The notes beneath the pieces were generated by a model. It saw nothing but the letters and a program-made list of their open reading frames with translations. It ran no database searches and was not told where the DNA came from. Both the position numbers and the translations under genes were made by a program. From contig JAHYYJ010000002.1 of the NCBI GenBank assembly GCA_019425015.1, forward strand, positions 118,236 through 182,235: DNA of 64,000 nt, given 5' to 3'. This stretch comes from Collinsella sp. Lineage in GTDB: Bacteria > Actinomycetota > Coriobacteriia > Coriobacteriales > Coriobacteriaceae. The number at the start of each line of letters is the position of its first letter. The first letter of the stretch is position 1. This document shows, piece by piece, positions 56,185-64,000 of the stretch.

Positions 56185-58088
56185 TAGCAGCCCTCCTCTC
56201 GCGCGACCGTCTTGGATTTAGCAATGTCCGTGACGTTAGAAGAACCGTCTGAGCGACCGATCAGCAAATCTGCCAACTCGTCGGCCAACGACTCAACCGT
56301 ATAGAGCCCGCCGCAACGCAGCGGCACGCCCGCTTCCGCAAGCGCCAGCGCCATGCGCTGGGCAGCGGGAACACCCAAGCCGATTGATTTAAGCTCATCC
56401 GCACGCGCAAAAACCTGAGCGGGCGTGCCCTCGGCAAACACCGCGCCCTCATTCATCACGACAATACGGTCGCAGCAATTGGCAAGGTCATCCATACTGT
56501 GTGAGACCATGACGACGGTCAGGCCCCCATGGTGAAGTCGATCGATAAGCTCAAGGAAATCCCTGCGCGCCGCCGGATCGAGCCCCGCCATGGGCTCATC
56601 GAGCACCAGGACTTCGGGCTCCATGGCGAGCACGCCGGCGAATGCCACACGCCGTTGCTGACCGCCCGAAAGCTCAAAGGGGCTCTTGTCGCCGACCGTG
56701 GAAAGATCGAGGCCCACGCGCAAGAGTGATGACTCGACACGACGGTCGACTTCATCTTGCGGCAAGGCAAGGTTGTGCGGACCAAACGCCACGTCCTGCG
56801 CTACGGTTTCGGCAAACAGCTGACGCTCTGGATACTGAAACACCACGCCGACCTTTGCCTTAACCGCGGCAGCATCTTTCTTGTTTACCAGGTCGAGCCC
56901 CAACGCGTAAACGGAACCCTCCTGAGGACGAATCAGGCCGTTGAGATGCTGAACCAGCGTCGACTTACCCGAACCGGTATGGCCCGCAAGGCCCAGGAAC
57001 TCGCCACGACGCACCGTCAGCGATACATCACGCAGTGCCCACGGACTGCTGGGGTCGTTGCCCCAGAGGGCCTGTTTGTTCGATGCGCCCTCGATGGCTG
57101 AGCGCTTGTGCCAACGGCGACGATCTCGGGCGCTCAGCGAATAGCTGTACGAAACATGGGATAGCTCGATGACGGGCTCCGACGCGTTGTCCTCGTTGTC
57201 TGCCGGAACAGCGCCGTCAGCGATTTCCAACTGGGATGCGAAAGGCCGCCCGGTGATGCCTGTCCAACTCCGCTCGGCATAAGCCTGCGCTATATCGGCG
57301 ACCATATCCGCCTCGCGCACCTGTGCGCAAATGGGCACGCCCTTCGCGCGAAGCGCCCTGCCAAGACAGCACGATGCCGGCATATCCAGGTTGAGCTGCG
57401 CAAGTTCGTCCGCCCGCGTCAGAATCTCCTCGGGCGTACCGAGCATGGCAACGCGCCCCGCCTGAAACACCGCGACGCGATCGGCCTCGGCTGCCTCTTC
57501 CATAAAGTGCGTAATCATCACGATGGTCATGCCGCGTTCGTGCAGCGCGTGACAGGCCTTCATAAGGCCCTTGCGCCCGCGCGGATCGAGCATCGAGGAC
57601 GCCTCGTCCAAAATGAGCACGCGCGGTTCCATGGCGAGCACGCCGGCAAGCGCCACGCGCTGCTTTTGTCCGCCCGAAAGTGCATGGGTCTCGTGGCGCT
57701 CGAAGCCCACCAAACCCACGCCCTTCAGTGCCTCGCGTACGCGCCGCGCGATCTGGGCCGATTCCACCCCAAGGTTTTCGGGACCAAAGGCAACATCGTC
57801 TTCGACAAGCGTCGCCACCAGCTGATCATCCGGGTTCTGGAATACCATGCCCGCGGTCGAGCGAATGTCGTAGACCAGCTCGGGATCGGACGCGTCCATG
57901 CCGTTGACGCGCACCGTTCCCGTATCGGGCTGCAGCAGCGCGTTCAAATGCTTGGCGAACGTCGACTTGCCCGACCCGTTGCCGCCGAGGATGCAGAAAA
58001 ACTCGCCATCCTCGATGTTCAGATCGATGCCGTCGAGTGCCGGTGTGGCACCGTCATAGCTAAAGGAAACGCCCCGACACTCAATCAT
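56184..58088 (-). CDS. ecfA: fused ECF transporter ATPase (EcfA1-EcfA2 in one polypeptide)
   Basis: Two ABC cassettes: GGNGSGKST ... LSGGQKQR ... LILDEA, and GHTGSGKST ... LSGGQQRR ... LVLDEP. Confidence 0.9.
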   Translation of the reverse strand: MIECRGVSFSYDGATPALDGIDLNIEDGEFFCILGGNGSGKSTFAKHLNALLQPDTGTVRVNGMDASDPELVYDIRSTAGMVFQNPDDQLVATLVEDDVAFGPENLGVESAQIARRVREALKGVGLVGFERHETHALSGGQKQRVALAGVLAMEPRVLILDEASSMLDPRGRKGLMKACHALHERGMTIVMITHFMEEAAEADRVAVFQAGRVAMLGTPEEILTRADELAQLNLDMPASCCLGRALRAKGVPICAQVREADMVADIAQAYAERSWTGITGRPFASQLEIADGAVPADNEDNASEPVIELSHVSYSYSLSARDRRRWHKRSAIEGASNKQALWGNDPSSPWALRDVSLTVRRGEFLGLAGHTGSGKSTLVQHLNGLIRPQEGSVYALGLDLVNKKDAAAVKAKVGVVFQYPERQLFAETVAQDVAFGPHNLALPQDEVDRRVESSLLRVGLDLSTVGDKSPFELSGGQQRRVAFAGVLAMEPEVLVLDEPMAGLDPAARRDFLELIDRLHHGGLTVVMVSHSMDDLANCCDRIVVMNEGAVFAEGTPAQVFARADELKSIGLGVPAAQRMALALAEAGVPLRCGGLYTVESLADELADLLIGRSDGSSNVTDIAKSKTVAREEGC

Positions 58089-58675
58089 GCGCGGCCTTTG
58101 ACCTGGTCCTTCTTGGGCGTGATGAGATTAGAGACCGCCTTGTACACCGCAAGTGTCAGCACCGAGTTGAGCACGGTCTTGATGAGGTTGAACGGCAGCA
58201 CGGCAGGAATCATGAGCGGGGCGATCACATCGACCGAGCCATACCAGAACCAAACGCCGATGGTCAGATTCGCAACCATGGACAGCGCCGTAGCGGCAAT
58301 AACGCCCAGCACCAGGCCAATCACGGCACCCTTATAGGTATGCATCTTTTGGTAGACGATAGCCGCAGGCAGAATATAGCCCAGCGTGGCAACCAAGTTC
58401 ATAAGCGCACCGACCCAATCGCCCGTGGTAAGCGCATGGATAACGATCGCCATGGCGGCAACGGCAGTACCGGCACCAGGACCGTACGCAAACCCGCACA
58501 CCATCGCCGGCACCAGCGACGGGTCATACGTCAAAAACGGCGCCGAGGGAAGGATGGGCAGCTGCACATACATAAACAGTGCTCCCAAGGCGCACATCAA
58601 CGCCATAGTAACGAGCTGTTTGGTGCTCCACCTATTCGTGTTCTCAAAATGGATATGCTGCGACTGTTCAGACAT
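58085..58675 (-). CDS. ribU: ECF S component, riboflavin transporter RibU-like
   Basis: ORF 58085..58696. Six-TM S-component. Sits directly behind an FMN riboswitch. Start at ATG 58675. Confidence 0.8.
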   Translation of the reverse strand: MSEQSQHIHFENTNRWSTKQLVTMALMCALGALFMYVQLPILPSAPFLTYDPSLVPAMVCGFAYGPGAGTAVAAMAIVIHALTTGDWVGALMNLVATLGYILPAAIVYQKMHTYKGAVIGLVLGVIAATALSMVANLTIGVWFWYGSVDVIAPLMIPAVLPFNLIKTVLNSVLTLAVYKAVSNLITPKKDQVKGRA

Positions 58676-58689
58676 AAGATCACCTGCCT

Positions 58690-58875
58690 CTTTCATCCGG
58701 ACTCTAACCGTTGGTACTGGGATCTCACCAGTTCAGCCGGCATGCGAACCAACGCACACACGGGTCGCGGACTCATCGGCTCGGTCGCAGGCACTTTACC
58801 TGCGCCACGGCGCCCCTTTGACACCGCCCGATTTACCGCCAGTGGGGAATTTCACCCCGCCCTGAAACAGCAATT
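58690..58875 (-). promoter_or_regulatory. FMN riboswitch (RFN element)
   Basis: The minus strand reads CAGGGCGGGGTGAAATTCCCCACTGGCGGTAAA ... GACCCGTGTG ... GGTGAGATCCCAGTACCAACGGTTAGAGTCCGGATGAAAGAGGCAGG, ending at the ribU RBS. Confidence 0.9.
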
Positions 58876-58991
58876 GCAAGTGTAGCACGAGCAATCGTTC
58901 GCGCAAGTATGCCAAGGGTAATTTGTGGCGGGGACCAGTTGCCGCAACAACCACGTCCTCCGCCCACGCCGACCTCAAGGCCGTAAACGCA

Positions 58992-59134
58992 GGGGATCCG
59001 GGGGCGTGACGGGGCTTCTCTCCGGAACATTCCGCAGGACGCAAAGAGGCTCCGCAGCGCGAAGCGCGAAGCGGAGCCTCTTTGCATGTCCGAGGACGTT
59101 CCGGAGAGAAGCCCCGTCACGCCCCCGGATCCCC
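58992..59134. repeat. 143-nt GC-rich long palindrome downstream of groEL
   Basis: Perfect 37-nt arms at 58992-59028 and 59098-59134, plus an inner 15-bp stem at 59041-59055 and 59071-59085. Confidence 0.85.
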
Positions 59135-59160
59135 GGTGGGAGTTCTAGACCTTGTCGGCC

Positions 59161-60876
<1,716 letters not shown>

Positions 60877-60894
60877 TCAGAGATTCTGACGAGA

Positions 60895-61188
60895 CTAGGC
60901 CTCGACGACAGCGTAGATGTCGTCGGCGCGCATCAGCAGATACTTCTCGCCGTCGACCTTGACCTCGTTGCCACCGAACTTACCGTAGATGACAACGTCA
61001 CCGACCTTGACGTCCATGGGGATGCGCTCACCCTTGTCGTTGACCTTGCCGGCACCAACGGCAACGATGGTGCCGCGCTGCGGCTTCTCCTGGGCGTTGC
61101 TGGCGATATACAGACCAGAAGCGGTCTTCTGCTCGGCCTCGTCGGGCTTGACCAGAACACGATCTGCAAGCGGCTTCAAAGACGACAT
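60895..61188 (-). CDS. groS: co-chaperonin GroES
   Basis: LKPLADRVLVKPDEAEQKTASGLYI. Confidence 0.95.
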   Translation of the reverse strand: MSSLKPLADRVLVKPDEAEQKTASGLYIASNAQEKPQRGTIVAVGAGKVNDKGERIPMDVKVGDVVIYGKFGGNEVKVDGEKYLLMRADDIYAVVEA

Positions 61189-61471
61189 GCTTGTCTCCTC
61201 CTTTTTGGGCCGCGCGGTTATGCCACGCGAATTAACCCTTTTTGTTTGCGTACGCGTTGAATGGTACCCACGAATGGCGGGTTATACAACACGGAGTCAA
61301 AAAATCTTATTTTTTGGCACTTAGATTTTCTGAATGTCGGAGGATAACTTATGCGCAGCCCCAAGGCGGACCGGAAAGCATGAAGTTTTAGCGCGGCAAC
61401 TTTGTGAATCAGCTTCTCAAGACTACAATCCTCCAGATGAAATATGCCCAGATGAGAGGAAGAGAGGGCAG

Positions 61472-61840
61472 ATGACCGATGAGCTGAGCACCTCGACATG
61501 GCGAGATATAGCACCGAATCGCGATGCACGCGACTCCATGCCGCCCGTTCGCACTCGCCTGCTCGCCCTGGCTCTCGTCTTCTCCCTTCTCGCGGTAACC
61601 ATCCTCTCCCCCATCGCAACCGCCCATGAGTTGCATCATGACTGCACCGGCGCGGGCTGCACCATCTGCGCCGAGCTCGCCGGCAATCTGTCGATCGCCC
61701 GTGGCGGTGACACCGTCCCCGTGGGCGCGACATCGTTCATCACCCTCTTGCTGATCTCCGCCCTAGCCGTCATCGGCACCGAGCGATCTTCATATGCCCC
61801 GGTCACCCTATTATCCCTCAGGGTCCGTCTGGACGATTAA
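61472..61840 (+). CDS. small two-TM membrane protein with HxxHHxCxxxxCxxC motif
   Basis: ORF 61334..61840. Start at ATG 61472 after GAGAGGG. TM1, then AHELHHDCTGAGCTICAEL, then TM2. No family recognised. Confidence 0.5.
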   Translation: MTDELSTSTWRDIAPNRDARDSMPPVRTRLLALALVFSLLAVTILSPIATAHELHHDCTGAGCTICAELAGNLSIARGGDTVPVGATSFITLLLISALAVIGTERSSYAPVTLLSLRVRLDD

Positions 61841-61938
61841 CGGCTCCCAATTGAATCAAATAGCTACCGCGTGCCACGGCGGCATCGCCTTCGGCCGTCG
61901 GCACCCCGACGCAGCCGTTTTCAATTCAGGAGCAATCT

Positions 61939-62136
61939 ATGGACAACCGAATCTACCGTCGCCATCCCAAGCGGCGTCCTATTCGTCACCGTGGCCCCAT
62001 GGCGGCGGCATATATGCCCCTTTTAAGTGCGGTCTTTGCTCTCGCCGCTTCTGACGACAATGCGTCCAGCTCGACCCCGTCGAGGGGCTCACTGACAAAC
62101 AGCTTAAAGCCGGCGAGGATTACCCACCCATCATGA
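61939..62136 (+). CDS. possible small secreted peptide (uncertain frame)
   Basis: AGGAG RBS 6 nt before the ATG. Arg-rich n-region plus a hydrophobic h-region (AAAYMPLLSAVFALAAS). The downstream part competes with another coding-looking frame. Confidence 0.3.
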   Translation: MDNRIYRRHPKRRPIRHRGPMAAAYMPLLSAVFALAASDDNASSSTPSRGSLTNSLKPARITHPS

Positions 62137-62192
62137 ACGACAACCTGGAGAAGCTCGTGAAGACGCTGAACTAGGAGTAAGGAACAGAGACG

Positions 62193-64000
62193 ATGAAGAT
62201 GAGCATGAAGGATCTGAAAAGCTGGATGACCGACCATCCCTACCCCCGTACGCTGGCAACGATCGGCGGCGCATCGATATGCTCGATGCTCGCCCTCGAG
62301 CTGCCCTCCAACCATGAACTATGGAAGATGCAGGCCGGACCGGCACTTTTGGAGCTTTTGCTCATCTTCTGCTTCTTGTGCCTGTTGTTCTATCTGCCGC
62401 ACCGCCGTAAGACCTCCGCAATCGTTGGCATCGTTGCGCTCGCCAGCATCGGTATCGCCGAGTACTTCGTAATCACGTTCAAATCGATGCCCATCCAACC
62501 CGGAGACCTGTTCGCCCTCTCGACCGCTGCGACGGTCGCCGGCAGCTACACCTATGAGCTCAGCACTTTCTGCTTCATGGGGCTTGCTGCCGCGGCCTTG
62601 GGAATCGCGCTTATCGTCCTCATTCCGCGTGATGCATGTGGGCGACCGCCGCGCCGCTCATCGGAAACGTCCCCCGAGTCCATCGACCATGCGATGTCTG
62701 CGTCCTTGAAATCGAAGGACTCAAAGGCGTCTCCGGCAACCGAGGGGACATCGACAGCGCCGAGGGAGCATCCAGTCGCAACCAAATCCAAACTCCCCCT
62801 CTCCGTCGACCGTCGTACCGCACTTGTTGCCGGAGCCGCACTGGGGGCGCAGGCCTTCATCAGCTATTACGACACCTTGGGCATCAAGCTTCATACCTGG
62901 AAGCCCCTCGAAAGCTATTACAGTCAGGGGTTTCTCCCCACCTTTATTTCGAGCGCGCAAAAAATGGTGCCGCCTAAACCCAAGCACTACAAGAGCGGTG
63001 AGGCCTCGGCGATCATCAAGCGCCTTGCCGCGCGCTGGAACGCGGGCACGAACGGCATCGCCGACCCCTCCCGTGCCGCTGCCGTCGAACAGTTTGACCA
63101 GCTCAAGCCCTCAGTCATCTGCATCATGAACGAGTCCTTCGCCGACCTTTCAATCTTTAACGAACTGGGCTGTGGCTATAAGGGGCCCGAGCGCTTCAAA
63201 GCCATCGATAACGCGCTTCTGCAGGGAGTGAGCTACATGAGCGCCTTCGGTGCCGGCACCTGTAACAGCGAGTTCGAGTTCTTAACCGGACACTCCATGG
63301 CATTCCTGGGCGCTGGCGTCTACCCGTTCATGAGCTACAACCTGGCCCCGAGCGAGAACCTCGCCCGTCAGTTCAAGAGACTCGGCTATCGCACCGTGGC
63401 CATGCACCCCAACCACGCCACCAACTGGAATCGCGAGAACGTCTTCGCGGACATGGGATTCGACGAGTTCCTCTCGATCGAGGACTTCGCCGGCGCACCC
63501 GAGCTCTGCCGCAAGGTCACCGACGCCGCCACCTACGACAAGTGCCTCGAGGTACTAAAGCAGAGCGACCAGCCGATCTTCATCCACGACGTGACGATGC
63601 AAAACCACTCCGCCTATGACACGGGCTTGGTGCCCACCGACCAGCAACTGCACCTTGCCGTCGAAGGTGTGTCCGACAAAGTTATCACCTGGACCAATGA
63701 ATACTGCTCGCTCATGGAAGCGTCCGATGCCGCCTTCGCCGCCTTCCTGGAAAAGCTGCGTGATCTCGACCGCCCCGTCGTCGTGGTGATGTACGGCGAC
63801 CACCAGCCGTTCTTCACCGACCGCTACAACGACCTCTACTTTACCGATGAGGACGATGCCACCCATACCGAGCGCATCTGGCAGACACGCTATGTGGTCT
63901 GGGCGAACTACGATGTCGCCGGCAACGCACAAACGAGTGGGGAACTCAACACAAGCATCAATAACGTCGGCGCACTCGCACTCAATGCCATCGGTGCCCC
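62193..64000 (+). CDS. LTA synthase-family (sulfatase-fold) membrane protein, N-terminal part; continues past the right edge
   Basis: Own translation from ATG 62193 (MKMSMKDLKSWM...): TM helices, then VICIMNESFADLS and SAFGAGTCNSEFEFLTGHS motifs. The frame is open to the window end. Confidence 0.8.
   Translation, partial: MKMSMKDLKSWMTDHPYPRTLATIGGASICSMLALELPSNHELWKMQAGPALLELLLIFCFLCLLFYLPHRRKTSAIVGIVALASIGIAEYFVITFKSMPIQPGDLFALSTAATVAGSYTYELSTFCFMGLAAAALGIALIVLIPRDACGRPPRRSSETSPESIDHAMSASLKSKDSKASPATEGTSTAPREHPVATKSKLPLSVDRRTALVAGAALGAQAFISYYDTLGIKLHTWKPLESYYSQGFLPTFISSAQKMVPPKPKHYKSGEASAIIKRLAARWNAGTNGIADPSRAAAVEQFDQLKPSVICIMNESFADLSIFNELGCGYKGPERFKAIDNALLQGVSYMSAFGAGTCNSEFEFLTGHSMAFLGAGVYPFMSYNLAPSENLARQFKRLGYRTVAMHPNHATNWNRENVFADMGFDEFLSIEDFAGAPELCRKVTDAATYDKCLEVLKQSDQPIFIHDVTMQNHSAYDTGLVPTDQQLHLAVEGVSDKVITWTNEYCSLMEASDAAFAAFLEKLRDLDRPVVVVMYGDHQPFFTDRYNDLYFTDEDDATHTERIWQTRYVVWANYDVAGNAQTSGELNTSINNVGALALNAIGA

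Noticed and set aside
61311-61350. CIRCE (HrcA) operator upstream of groES
   Set aside because: The left half TTGGCACTT fits TTAGCACTC, but the right half GAATGTCGG matches only about 4 of 9 positions of GAGTGCTAA. No HAIR (HspR) motif was seen either, so no call is made.
61794-62054. 86-aa plus-strand ORF overlapping the end of the small membrane protein gene
   Set aside because: It has no RBS and a Pro/Ser/Gly-rich composition, and it overlaps a better-supported gene and the RBS-bearing 61939 ORF.

Overview
High-GC (about 60%) chromosomal core region of a Gram-positive actinobacterium. The Firmicutes-like gene order (disA-ispDF-cysS-rlmB-yacP, veg-ispE, rpmG-tRNA-Trp-secE-nusG-rplKA, tRNA cluster-tuf) together with the GC content suggests Coriobacteriia, possibly Collinsella-like; this is inference only. 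About 55 protein genes are supported, mostly housekeeping: translation factors, four aaRS, MEP pathway, argCJBD, murE/murI, groESL, clpC, feoAB, an ECF riboflavin importer and an ABC importer. There are 7 tRNAs, an unlisted rpmG, an FMN riboswitch and a Mn (yybP-ykoY) riboswitch. Two toxin-antitoxin pairs (hipBA, relB/dinJ-PIN) flank pepD. No rRNA, cas, integrase or transposase genes were seen. Many long ORFs in the track are antisense shadow ORFs typical of high-GC DNA. The unusual signals are non-coding: (1) a ~181-nt element present twice (3716-3897, 36256-36436) whose helices covary completely while its loops are conserved, a candidate unassigned structured RNA; (2) a 19-mer with a DnaA-box-like core repeated at two loci, each with a perfect 20-bp palindrome; (3) three tandem ~57-nt hairpin units in a 1.1-kb gene-free island between tRNAs; (4) an att-like ~185-bp duplication of the tRNA-Val 3' end next to an AT-rich MITE-like remnant; (5) a family of sequence-related terminator hairpins carrying GGGACAG; (6) a 143-nt palindrome after groEL. 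Protein-level oddities are a cytoplasmic ParB-like/BMP-like fusion coupled to a metallophosphoesterase, LysRS with an appended tRNA-binding domain, and a small HxxHHxCxxxxCxxC membrane protein upstream of an LtaS-like gene. Coordinates of hairpins and repeats were read by eye and may be off by 1-3 nt.
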